64,000 nt of DNA from Eubacteriales bacterium. GTDB taxonomy: Bacteria; Bacillota; Clostridia; Oscillospirales; CAG-272. Positions 36,429-44,448 of the stretch are shown here, in pieces. The stretch spans positions 77,633 to 141,632 of the forward strand of contig JAZONX010000030.1 in NCBI GenBank assembly GCA_045654725.1, written 5' to 3'. Made by a program: the position numbers and the translations under genes. The notes under the pieces were generated by a model. That model worked only from the letters and a program-made list of their open reading frames with translations, was not told the origin of the DNA and did not search any database. How positions within the stretch are numbered: the first letter of the stretch is position 1; every line of letters begins with the position of its first letter.

Positions 36429-37475
36429 ATGAAATTTAGCGAAACTCAAATCAACGATCTTCGCTTCGAGGTAAAGAAACGATTGAGTGAAAAAAGATTC
36501 ATTCATACTGTCGGAGTTGAAGAGATGGCGGTACAAATAGCAGAATTTTGTCTTCCCAATATGGTTGATAAAATTCGTGTCGCCGCATTGTTGCATGACA
36601 TTTCAAAAGAATATTCCGAGGCAGAACATTTTTTGATAGCAAAAAGACATAACATTGTCTTTTCCGATCTCGAAAATTCATCGCCTGCACTCTGGCATTC
36701 CTTGACGGCTGCCGCTGTTATTATGGAAGAGTTTTCCGACTATGCTGACCGCGATGTTTTAAGTGCCGTTTACAACCACACGGTAGGCTCACCGGAGATG
36801 TCTCTTTTTGATGAAATAATTCTTCTTGCTGATTATATCGAAGAGGGAAGAATTTATCAAAATTGTATCAATGTTCGCGAGAAGTTTTTCATCGATATAA
36901 GAAAAGCAACTAATTTCAAGCAAAAAGTTTGTGCTTTGCACGAAGCTACTCTCTCGTCACTTAATAATAACATAAATGAATTTGTCTCACGCGGTATTGT
37001 TTATCACGAAAGAACTAGATTAACTCGCGATGAGATGATCAATAAAATAGAAAGGCTTAAGATGGAAATTAAAAAAGATTTACTTGGCTGTGACTCCGTA
37101 ACACTTGCACGTGAGGCAGTTAAAATTTTACTAGAAAAGAAAGCGATTGACGTTAAGCTATTTGATGTTAGAGAAAAGAGCAGTGTGACTGATTTTTACA
37201 TTAACGTTACAGGTCGTTCTTTAACACAGGTTTCCTCGCTTGCGGATGATATAGACGGTATGCTTGGTGAAAGGGGCAAATCGGCTATTCGTACCGAGGG
37301 TAAGAGAGGCAATAGTTGGATTCTCGTCGATTTTGGAGATGTTATTGTTAACGTATTCGATAAATCTGCTCGTGAGTTTTACAATCTCGACAGACATTTT
37401 CCCGAGGATGGACAGATTGATATATCCGATCTTGTGGCTGAGGTAGATGCTAAATTCGATATAAGTAAGAATTGA
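36429..37475 (+). CDS. In-frame fusion of a YqeK-type HD phosphohydrolase (N, about 211 aa) and ribosomal silencing factor RsfS (C, about 137 aa)
   Basis: HD-domain residues (IHTVGV..LLHDISK) form the N part. An Iojap/RsfS pattern (DFYINVTGRS..QV..L.D.I......EG.....W.L.D.GD.IV..F....R..Y.L) forms the C part. There is no stop between them. An internal ATG at 37062 is preceded by GAAAGG. Confidence 0.8.
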   Translation: MKFSETQINDLRFEVKKRLSEKRFIHTVGVEEMAVQIAEFCLPNMVDKIRVAALLHDISKEYSEAEHFLIAKRHNIVFSDLENSSPALWHSLTAAAVIMEEFSDYADRDVLSAVYNHTVGSPEMSLFDEIILLADYIEEGRIYQNCINVREKFFIDIRKATNFKQKVCALHEATLSSLNNNINEFVSRGIVYHERTRLTRDEMINKIERLKMEIKKDLLGCDSVTLAREAVKILLEKKAIDVKLFDVREKSSVTDFYINVTGRSLTQVSSLADDIDGMLGERGKSAIRTEGKRGNSWILVDFGDVIVNVFDKSAREFYNLDRHFPEDGQIDISDLVAEVDAKFDISKN

Positions 37476-37486
37476 GGACATAGATA

Positions 37487-39904
37487 ATGAATTACGAACA
37501 CTCAAATATTGAAATCAAATGGCAAAGATATTGGGAGGAAAACGGAACCTTCAATACCGACGTGTGGGATTTTTCGAAGCCCAAGTATTACGTTCTTGAT
37601 ATGTTTCCATACCCCTCTGGTGTAGGTCTTCACGCCGGCCACCCCGAAGGATATACTGCAACCGACATTATGTCCCGTATGAAGCGTATGCAGGGCTACA
37701 ACGTTCTTCATCCGATGGGATATGACTCTTTCGGTCTTCCCGCCGAGCAGTATGCCGTAAGCACCGGTAATCACCCCAACGGCTTCACCCAAGAAAATAT
37801 CAAAACATTCTCCGGACAGCTTAAGGAACTTGGTTTTGACTATGACTGGTCAAAAGTAATTGCTACATCCGATCCTTCCTTCTACAAGTGGACTCAGTGG
37901 ATTTTCAAGAAGCTCTACGAGGCCGGTTATGCAAAGCGAATTGAGATGCCCGTTAACTGGTGCGAGGCTCTTGGTACCGTTCTTTCTAATGACGAGGTTA
38001 TTGACGGCAAGTCTGAACGTGGTGGTTATCCTGTAGAAAAGCGAATGATGATGCAATGGGTTATCGACCAGCCTGCCTTTGCTGAAAAGCTCTTGGAAGG
38101 CCTTAACGAGATTGATTGGCCTGAGTCTACAAAGGAAATCCAGCGCAACTGGATTGGCAAGTCTACCGGTGTTGAGGTTGACTTCAAGCTTGTTGGCGGC
38201 GGTGCTTTCTCCATATACACAACCTGCATTGAAACAATTTATGGTATTACCTTTATGGTTCTTGCTCCTGATGGAAAGATTACTCAGTCACTTATGGATA
38301 GAGTAGAGAACAAGGACGAGGTAAATGCGTATATAGCCGAAACGCTTAAGAAAAGCGATATGGACAGAACCGAGTTGAACAAGACCAAGACAGGCTGTCC
38401 TCTCAAGGGCGTTTATGCAATTAATCCTGTAAACGGCAAGGAAGTTCCCGTATTCATCGGTGATTTCGTACTTGCTAACTATGGAACCGGCGCGGTTATG
38501 GCGGTTCCCAGCCACGATCAACGTGACTTTGAGTACGCCATCTCACATAGTATTTCTATGATTCAAGTTATCGACGGTCGCGATGTTTCAGAGTCTGCGT
38601 TTGAAAAGCAGGATTATCTTGGAAAGGGATGTAAGCTCATTAATTCCGAGGAATTTTCTGGCCTTACAGTTGAAGAGGCGAAAGAAGCGATTACAGTAAA
38701 GCTTGAAAATGCCGGTGTAGCAAGAAGAAAGGTCAACTACCACTTCCGTGAGTGGATATTTGCTCGTCAGCGTTATTGGGGCGAGCCTGTTCCTTGCGTT
38801 TATACCGAGGACGGAGAAACTGTATTTCTTCCTGACGAGGAGCTTCCTCTTGTTCTTCCTGAACTTGAGGATTATAAGGGCAAAAACGGCAAGGCACCTC
38901 TTGAAAATGCCACAGAGTGGAAGCAATATGATAACAATGGTATTAAGGGTATCCGCGAAACCTCTACAATGCCCGGATCAGCCGGCTCCTCTTGGTACTT
39001 TATGCGATACATTGATCCTAACAACGACAAGGCTCTTTGCGATCCTAAACTTCTTGAGCATTGGCTTCCCGTTGACCTTTATGTGGGCGGTCCTGAGCAC
39101 GCAGTAGGTCATCTTATGTACTCCAGAATTTGGACTCGCTTCCTTCACGATATAGGCGTTTCTCCTGTTAAGGAGCCCTTTAAGAAGCTTGTTCACCAGG
39201 GTATGATTCTTGGAGAAAACGGCATCAAGATGGGTAAGCGTTTCCCTGAGTTTGTTGTAAACCCCAGCGATATTGTTCGTGACTATGGTGCGGACACGCT
39301 TCGTCTTTACGAAATGTTTATGGGTCCTCTTGAGGTTTCCAAACCCTGGAGTTCTACCGCCGTTGTAGGTGCAAGAAAGTTCATTAACCGTGTTTGGAAC
39401 TTCTTTACCGAGCCTTCGAATATTACAGAAATTGATGATGGAAAGCTGACTAAACTCTATCATCAGACCGTAAAGAAGGTTACATTCGACTTTGAAACTC
39501 TTGGCTTCAATACTGCAATCGCACAGATGATGGTATTTGTAAACGAGGTTTATAAGAATGGTAGCTGTCCTAGAGAATTTGCAGAGGGCTTCATAAAGAT
39601 GCTTTCATGTATCACTCCTCACGTTGGCGAGGAAATCTGGCAAATATTTGGTCACAACGAATCCATCGCATACGAATCCTGGCCGAAATATGACGAAGCA
39701 AAGTGTATCGATGACATTATCGAAATGCCTATTCAGGTTAATGGCAAAGTGCGTAACGTTATTGCTATTGCGAAAGACGCAGGAAAGGACGAAATTCTTG
39801 CAATCGTTAAAGCTGACGCAAAGATTGCACAGGCGATTGAAGGAAAAACTATTATCAAGGAAATCGTTGTTCCCGGCAAGATTATTAATATTGTAGTTAA
39901 ATAA
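37487..39904 (+). CDS. leuS: Leucyl-tRNA synthetase
   Basis: Class I HIGH-type motif HAGHPEGY, KMSKS-like IKMGKR, CP1 editing insertion, 805 aa. Confidence 0.95.
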   Translation: MNYEHSNIEIKWQRYWEENGTFNTDVWDFSKPKYYVLDMFPYPSGVGLHAGHPEGYTATDIMSRMKRMQGYNVLHPMGYDSFGLPAEQYAVSTGNHPNGFTQENIKTFSGQLKELGFDYDWSKVIATSDPSFYKWTQWIFKKLYEAGYAKRIEMPVNWCEALGTVLSNDEVIDGKSERGGYPVEKRMMMQWVIDQPAFAEKLLEGLNEIDWPESTKEIQRNWIGKSTGVEVDFKLVGGGAFSIYTTCIETIYGITFMVLAPDGKITQSLMDRVENKDEVNAYIAETLKKSDMDRTELNKTKTGCPLKGVYAINPVNGKEVPVFIGDFVLANYGTGAVMAVPSHDQRDFEYAISHSISMIQVIDGRDVSESAFEKQDYLGKGCKLINSEEFSGLTVEEAKEAITVKLENAGVARRKVNYHFREWIFARQRYWGEPVPCVYTEDGETVFLPDEELPLVLPELEDYKGKNGKAPLENATEWKQYDNNGIKGIRETSTMPGSAGSSWYFMRYIDPNNDKALCDPKLLEHWLPVDLYVGGPEHAVGHLMYSRIWTRFLHDIGVSPVKEPFKKLVHQGMILGENGIKMGKRFPEFVVNPSDIVRDYGADTLRLYEMFMGPLEVSKPWSSTAVVGARKFINRVWNFFTEPSNITEIDDGKLTKLYHQTVKKVTFDFETLGFNTAIAQMMVFVNEVYKNGSCPREFAEGFIKMLSCITPHVGEEIWQIFGHNESIAYESWPKYDEAKCIDDIIEMPIQVNGKVRNVIAIAKDAGKDEILAIVKADAKIAQAIEGKTIIKEIVVPGKIINIVVK

Positions 39905-39913
39905 AGAAAAAAA

Positions 39914-39944
39914 GCGGGCATCCTAAATGTGGGATGTCCGCTTT
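39914..39944 (+). terminator. Intrinsic terminator after leuS
   Basis: 10-bp stem GCGGGCATCC/GGATGTCCGC followed by TTT. Confidence 0.65.
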
Positions 39945-39966
39945 AAATTAATAAGAGTGAGAAAAT

Positions 39967-40111
39967 GGCACCATGGAGTGTATTCTTTACTTGCCTTAGA
40001 TGAGCAAGCTCCTAACGGCTGCGTTGGATATGCGAACCTTCGCTCGTTTCACTCATAAGGTTCGATCCGAACAGGGCACGACATAGATAGAAAAAACACC
40101 CTAACGAAGTA
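39967..40111. repeat. tRNA-Arg-related repeat, copy 1 (145 bp)
   Basis: Aligns with copy 2 with 6 mismatches plus one 16-bp deletion. It shares the blocks CGAACCTTCG, GGTTCG and GGGCAC with the adjacent tRNA-Arg gene in the same order. Confidence 0.8.
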
Positions 40112-40272
40112 GGCACCCTGGAGGGTATTCGCTGTGCGAAGATATCCTCACTTGCCTTAAATGAGCAAGCTCCTCACGGCTGCGTTGGATATGCGAACCT
40201 TCGCTCGTTTCACTCACAAGGTTCGATCTGAACAGGGCACGACATAGATAGAAAAAACACCCTAACGAAGTA
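40112..40272. repeat. tRNA-Arg-related repeat, copy 2 (161 bp)
   Basis: The blocks CCCTGGAGG (40116-24), CGAACCTTCG (40194-203), GGTTCG (40220-25) and GGGCAC (40235-40) are collinear with tRNA-Arg 40294-302, 40306-15, 40323-28 and 40334-39. It has an extra 12-bp hairpin at 40122-40150. Confidence 0.8.
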
Positions 40273-40283
40273 GGGTGTTTTTT
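40252..40283 (-). terminator. Bidirectional intrinsic terminator immediately after tRNA-Arg
   Basis: A6, stem ACACCCTA/TAGGGTGT, T5-6. The left half of this module is also the end of each repeat copy. Confidence 0.7.
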
Positions 40284-40286
40284 CTA

Positions 40287-40362
40287 TGGCGCGCCCTGGA
40301 GGATTCGAACCTTCGACCTACCGGTTCGTAGCCGGGCACTCTATCCACTGAGCTAAGGGCGC
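40287..40362 (-). tRNA. tRNA-Arg (anticodon ACG)
   Basis: Reverse complement GCGCCCT..anticodon loop CTACGAA..T-loop TTCGAAT..AGGGCGC G CCA. There is one mismatch each in the anticodon and T stems. Confidence 0.85.
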
Positions 40363-40365
40363 ATT

Positions 40366-40439
<74 letters not shown>

Positions 40440-40458
40440 ATTTGTTTTCAGCCTTTAT

Positions 40459-40487
40459 ATATTACCACACAAAGGTTAATTTGTCAA
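40459..40487 (-). promoter_or_regulatory. Sigma-A type promoter for tRNA-Gly/tRNA-Arg
   Basis: Minus strand TTGACA, 17 nt, TAATAT, about 20 nt upstream of tRNA-Gly. Confidence 0.65.
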
Positions 40488-40534
40488 TACTTTTTTGAAA
40501 GATTTTTAATAATTTTTAATACAACATATATTTA

Positions 40535-40563
40535 TTGACTTGGTGCTATGTTTGTGTTATAAT
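40535..40563 (+). promoter_or_regulatory. Sigma-A type promoter for the yqeG-like operon
   Basis: TTGACT (40535-40540), 17 nt, TATAAT (40558-40563). Confidence 0.6.
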
Positions 40564-40595
40564 GTACTTGTAAAAATATTGTTTAGGAGCATAAA

Positions 40596-41108
40596 GTGAA
40601 ATTTACTTTTGTACCGGAATATAAACTTAATACCTTTGATGAGGCGACAGCGGAGTTCCTATTGTCTATTGGAATTTCCGGGATTCTTCTTGATGTTGAT
40701 AACACGCTTGAGCCTTATGAACATCCGCTTCCTAGCGACCATGTTATTAAGTGGCTAAACGATCTTCATAAAGCCGGAATAAAGACAGCGATTGTGTCTA
40801 ATAATGATGCATCAAGAATTGATCTGTTCAATAAACAAATTGGCATGCCAGCATACTCAAAAGCAGGGAAGCCGTTTAAAAAGAATTTGCTCCGTGCTAT
40901 GAAAGATATAGGTACGACATCTCAAAACACAATATTTATGGGAGATCAGATTTTAACTGATGTTTGGGCTGCTCATAACGCAGGAATTAAGGCGATTCTT
41001 GTTCCGCCCATCAACGATAAACGAGATATCTTCACGCGTTTTAAGCGATTGCTTGAAAAGCCGATACTTCGAAAATTTGAAAGACTCAAAAGGAAAGGAA
41101 AAAGATAA
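40596..41108 (+). CDS. YqeG-family HAD phosphatase (subfamily IIIA)
   Basis: HAD motifs LLDVDNTL, IVSNN, GKPF and MGDQILTDV. GTG start after AGGAGC. Confidence 0.75.
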   Translation: MKFTFVPEYKLNTFDEATAEFLLSIGISGILLDVDNTLEPYEHPLPSDHVIKWLNDLHKAGIKTAIVSNNDASRIDLFNKQIGMPAYSKAGKPFKKNLLRAMKDIGTTSQNTIFMGDQILTDVWAAHNAGIKAILVPPINDKRDIFTRFKRLLEKPILRKFERLKRKGKR

Positions 41109-41956
41109 TGGCTGCATTTTTTGGGCCCGGCGGTAATAGCGAAGCTTTTCGACTTGCCGGTTTGAAATCAACTATTGATGCTCCTGCATGGGTAAAGTCA
41201 ATAGGCCTTGATGCTTATGAATACGAAGCGGGTAACGGTCTTTCTGCATCACCCAAAATTCTCGCGGAAATCGGCAAGGAAGCGACGAATCATAATATAA
41301 AAATGTCCTTCCATACACCTTACTTTATATCTCTCTCGGGTGTTATTGAAGAAAAAAGGTTAAATAGCATCAACTACATTAGACAAAGTCTTGATGCAGC
41401 AAAACTACTTGGTGCCGGAACAATAGTTGTGCACTCCGGATCTGCTGCAAAGATTAGTCGCGACGAAGCGATGCGACTAGCAGGCGACACACTCGTAAAG
41501 ACTCTATCGGCTGTTGATACATACGGCATAAAAATTGGTCTTGAAACAATGGGCAAGGTAAATCAGCTCGGTACTCTCGACGAAGTGCTTGAACTTTGCA
41601 GAATAGACTCTGCATTTGTTCCTGTGGTTGATTTTGGTCATTTGAACGCAAGGAATTTGGGTGGTGTCTTTGTTTCTGCCGACGATTATCTTCGCGTTTT
41701 TGATAAGATCGACCATGCGCTTGGCTCGGATATTGCTTGTAATCTTCATTGTCATTTCTCTAAAATTGAGTGGACAGGCAGCGGAGAAAAGCGTCACTTA
41801 ACATTTGAAGATAACATTTATGGCCCCGCTTTCGAACCGCTTATTGAAACAATTTATAAAAACAATCTTTCGCCTACTATTATTTGTGAATCTGCCGGTA
41901 CACAGTCAGATGATGCTTTGGCGATGAAAAAATATTATCAGGAGATAAAAAAATGA
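41108..41956 (+). CDS. Xylose-isomerase-like TIM-barrel protein, endonuclease IV-like
   Basis: Metal-ligand pattern FHTPY, VVHSGS, LETMG, VDFGHLNA and HCHFS resembles AP endonuclease family 2. The exact activity cannot be inferred. Confidence 0.55.
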   Translation: MAAFFGPGGNSEAFRLAGLKSTIDAPAWVKSIGLDAYEYEAGNGLSASPKILAEIGKEATNHNIKMSFHTPYFISLSGVIEEKRLNSINYIRQSLDAAKLLGAGTIVVHSGSAAKISRDEAMRLAGDTLVKTLSAVDTYGIKIGLETMGKVNQLGTLDEVLELCRIDSAFVPVVDFGHLNARNLGGVFVSADDYLRVFDKIDHALGSDIACNLHCHFSKIEWTGSGEKRHLTFEDNIYGPAFEPLIETIYKNNLSPTIICESAGTQSDDALAMKKYYQEIKK

Positions 41957-43017
41957 GACTTACAAAATTAAGAAATAAAATGACCGAGCTCGAAGTCGAT
42001 GCGGTTTTAGTTCTTGACGAACTTAATCAGCATTATTTGTCAGAGTTCGCTTTTACAGATGGCTTTTTATTTATCACAAATAATAAAGCATATCTTGTAA
42101 CCGACTTCAGATATTATGAAATGGCTCTTAATAGCGCTAATAAGTCCTTTGAGGTTCTAACACCGGACAATCGTAAAGAGTTCCTTAGTAAAATTATTGC
42201 CGAAGAAGAAATTAGGGCAATAGGATTTGAAGGTGGTAGTGTTTCCTACGACACATACAAGCATTATTGTGAAACATATCGTTGCGAATTTGTAAACATC
42301 GGTGATACAATCGAGATTATTAGACAAATTAAGTCCGGTGACGAGATTGAGAAAATGCAGAAAGCCCAGGATATTACCGACGCTGCGCTGACTCATCTTC
42401 TTAAGATGATTACTCCGAATATGACCGAGCTTGATGTTGCGGTTGAGCTGGAATATGCAATGAGAAAGGGCGGAGCAGACTCCTTTGCATTTGAAACTAT
42501 AGCAGTTTCGGGCGATGCTTCTGCGCTCCCTCACGGAACGCCGAGAAACGTTAAGCTTAAAAGCGGATTCCTTACAATGGACTTCGGTGCTAAGTATCAA
42601 GGATATTGTGCTGACATGACAAGAACTATTGTCATTGGAAAGGCTGATAAAGATATAAAGAAGCTTTATAATACAGTTCTCAAGGCGCAGACCGAAGCGC
42701 TTGCATATCTTTGCGAAGGTGCTGATTGTGGAGAGGCAGATAAGATCGCGCGCGACATCATTGATGCTATTCCGGAGTACAAGGGAGCTTTTGGCCACTC
42801 TCTCGGTCATTCTGTTGGACTTTTCATTCATGAAAGTCCTAGGCTTTATTCTCGCGGATTTGGTAGAAAGCTTAATGTCGGAGAAATTTTAACTGTTGAA
42901 CCCGGCATCTATCTTTTTGGCAAATATGGTTGCAGAATAGAGGATATGGTTGCAATTGCCAAGGATGGAATCCATAATTTCACTCATTCCAGCAAAGAAT
43001 TGATAGAAATTTTGTAA
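41953..43017 (+). CDS. M24-family Xaa-Pro aminopeptidase
   Basis: Creatinase-like N domain plus M24 metal ligands (D..D..HSLGH..E..E pattern: DFGAKYQGYCADMTR, GHSLGHSVG, EPGIY, RIED). Sits upstream of efp as in Bacillus yqhT-efp. Confidence 0.85.
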   Translation: MRLTKLRNKMTELEVDAVLVLDELNQHYLSEFAFTDGFLFITNNKAYLVTDFRYYEMALNSANKSFEVLTPDNRKEFLSKIIAEEEIRAIGFEGGSVSYDTYKHYCETYRCEFVNIGDTIEIIRQIKSGDEIEKMQKAQDITDAALTHLLKMITPNMTELDVAVELEYAMRKGGADSFAFETIAVSGDASALPHGTPRNVKLKSGFLTMDFGAKYQGYCADMTRTIVIGKADKDIKKLYNTVLKAQTEALAYLCEGADCGEADKIARDIIDAIPEYKGAFGHSLGHSVGLFIHESPRLYSRGFGRKLNVGEILTVEPGIYLFGKYGCRIEDMVAIAKDGIHNFTHSSKELIEIL

Positions 43018-43034
43018 AAAAATTAAAAAAACTA

Positions 43035-43063
43035 TTGCAAAATCGTTTGTTTTAGTGTAAAAT
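43035..43063 (+). promoter_or_regulatory. Sigma-A type promoter for efp
   Basis: TTGCAA (43035-43040), 17 nt, TAAAAT (43058-43063). It leaves a 5' UTR of about 105 nt. Confidence 0.55.
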
Positions 43064-43174
43064 AGTTGTGTTAATTGTGGGCATTTGTGCCTTTGTTGCA
43101 TGTTTCGGTTGTGGCGGACCTGAAATGCCCCTGCATCAAAAATATTTAATTCGCCAAGAAAAGGAAGATACAAT

Positions 43175-43732
43175 ATGATTACAGCAGGTGATTTTAAGAA
43201 TGGTGTTACCTTCGAGATGGAAGGTAAGGTTTATCAGGTAATTGAGTTCCAGCACGTTAAGCCTGGTAAGGGCGCAGCTTTCGTTAGAACCAAGTATAAG
43301 GATGTTATGACCGGTACTATTCGTGAGCAGTCCTTCAACCCCACAGCAAAGTTTGAAAATGCTATCATTGAGAGAAGAGATTTGCAGTACTCTTATGATG
43401 ACGGTGACCTTTATCACTTCATGGATACTGAAACATGGGAAGAGACTCTTGTATCTCATGATACAGTAGGCGATAACTTCAAGTTCGTTAAGGAAGAGAT
43501 GATGTGTAAGATCATTTCTTACAAGGGTAAGGTATTCTCTGTTGAGCCTCCTACATTTGTTGAACTCGCAGTTATTGAAACCGAGCCCGGCGTTCGTGGC
43601 GATACAGCTACCAACGTTACCAAGGCTGCAACTCTTGAGACCGGCGTTGTTATTAGAGTTCCTATCTTCATCAACGAGGGTGAGATTCTCAGAGTTGATA
43701 CAAGAACAGGCGAGTATCTCGAGAGAGCATAA
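43175..43732 (+). CDS. efp: Elongation factor P
   Basis: Canonical N-terminus with the [13 protein letters not shown] loop, 185 aa. Confidence 0.95.
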   Translation: MITAGDFKNGVTFEMEGKVYQVIEFQHVKPGKGAAFVRTKYKDVMTGTIREQSFNPTAKFENAIIERRDLQYSYDDGDLYHFMDTETWEETLVSHDTVGDNFKFVKEEMMCKIISYKGKVFSVEPPTFVELAVIETEPGVRGDTATNVTKAATLETGVVIRVPIFINEGEILRVDTRTGEYLERA

Positions 43733-43750
43733 TTAACTAACAAAAAATCA

Positions 43751-43781
43751 AATGCTCCTCGTAACTTACGGGGAGCATTTT
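43751..43781 (+). terminator. Intrinsic terminator after efp
   Basis: Stem AATGCTCC/GGAGCATT followed by a T-run. Confidence 0.7.
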
Positions 43782-43800
43782 GCAAAAAAGGAGAAATAAA

Positions 43801-44250
43801 ATGGGTATCAGTGAAAATGCAGCTTATCTCAAGGGTCTTTTTGATGGTTATGAGATTGATAAGAACACCAAGGAAGGCAAGATAATCTCCGAAATGCTAG
43901 TTCTTCTTGCTGATATGGCAGATAAGATTAACGCGCTTGAAGCAGACAACAAGGAGCTTCACGAGTACGTTGAGGAACTTGACCACGATCTCGGCGAGGT
44001 TGAGGAAGAGGTTTATTTCGGCGATGATTATGACGAATATGATGATTACGACGACCTCAATGATGACGAGGACTACATCGGTGAGGATGAAGAGTTCTAT
44101 GAGATCGAATGTCCTGCTTGCGGAGAAATAGTTTACTTTGACGGTTCTCTTGATTTTGAGAATCTCGTATGTCCTGCCTGCGGCGAAAAAATCGACGAAT
44201 TCGAGCTTTGCGATGGCAACTGCGATGAATGCGAAGAAGACTGCGAGTAA
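43801..44250 (+). CDS. Uncharacterised acidic protein with C-terminal zinc-ribbon motifs
   Basis: N-terminal helical part, D/E/Y-rich linker, two CPACGE motifs plus a CDGNCDEC tail. ATG follows AAGGAGAA. Confidence 0.6.
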   Translation: MGISENAAYLKGLFDGYEIDKNTKEGKIISEMLVLLADMADKINALEADNKELHEYVEELDHDLGEVEEEVYFGDDYDEYDDYDDLNDDEDYIGEDEEFYEIECPACGEIVYFDGSLDFENLVCPACGEKIDEFELCDGNCDECEEDCE

Positions 44251-44267
44251 TTTGTTTTGATTATCGG

Positions 44268-44292
44268 AGTGCGGCAGTAATGCCGCACTTTC
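44268..44292 (+). terminator. Hairpin terminator after the zinc-ribbon gene
   Basis: 9-bp stem AGTGCGGCA/TGCCGCACT with a GTAA loop, then TTTCT. Confidence 0.6.
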
Positions 44293-44332
44293 TACTTATT
44301 AATAATAAAATATAAAAAAACATAAAAAACTA

Positions 44333-44361
44333 TTGACAAACACAGATTTCGGTGTTATAAT
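44333..44361 (+). promoter_or_regulatory. Sigma-A type promoter for rplU-prp-rpmA
   Basis: TTGACA (44333-44338), 17 nt, TATAAT (44356-44361). Confidence 0.7.
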
Positions 44362-44367
44362 AATACG

Positions 44368-44448
44368 ACGCTTATTGATAGGCTGAAAAGTTTGGCTTTT
44401 TGCCAGCGCCTATGATAGCGATTTTACACGAAAGTGAGGTGCTTTTTC
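44368..44448 (+). promoter_or_regulatory. L21-type ribosomal-protein leader
   Basis: About 80-nt leader with the nested pairings CGCT..ATAGG / CCTAT..AGCG around a GGC-T5-GCC hairpin, at the position of the Firmicute L21 leader. Confidence 0.45.

Noticed and set aside
39965-40003. 12-codon mini-ORF in repeat copy 1 whose TGA overlaps the ATG of the 28-codon ORF (ATGA coupling)
   Set aside because: It is not conserved in copy 2. The 16-bp indel shifts the frame and there is no start codon there.
39967-40272. Possible 5S rRNA or 5S-like genes (minus strand CCCTGTTCAGATCGAACC resembles the CCCGTTCCCATACCGAAC region of 5S)
   Set aside because: The spacing between the putative helix I and this block is wrong. 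The remaining 5S helices are absent, no 16S or 23S is nearby, and the similarity is better explained by the anticodon-arm region of tRNA-Arg.
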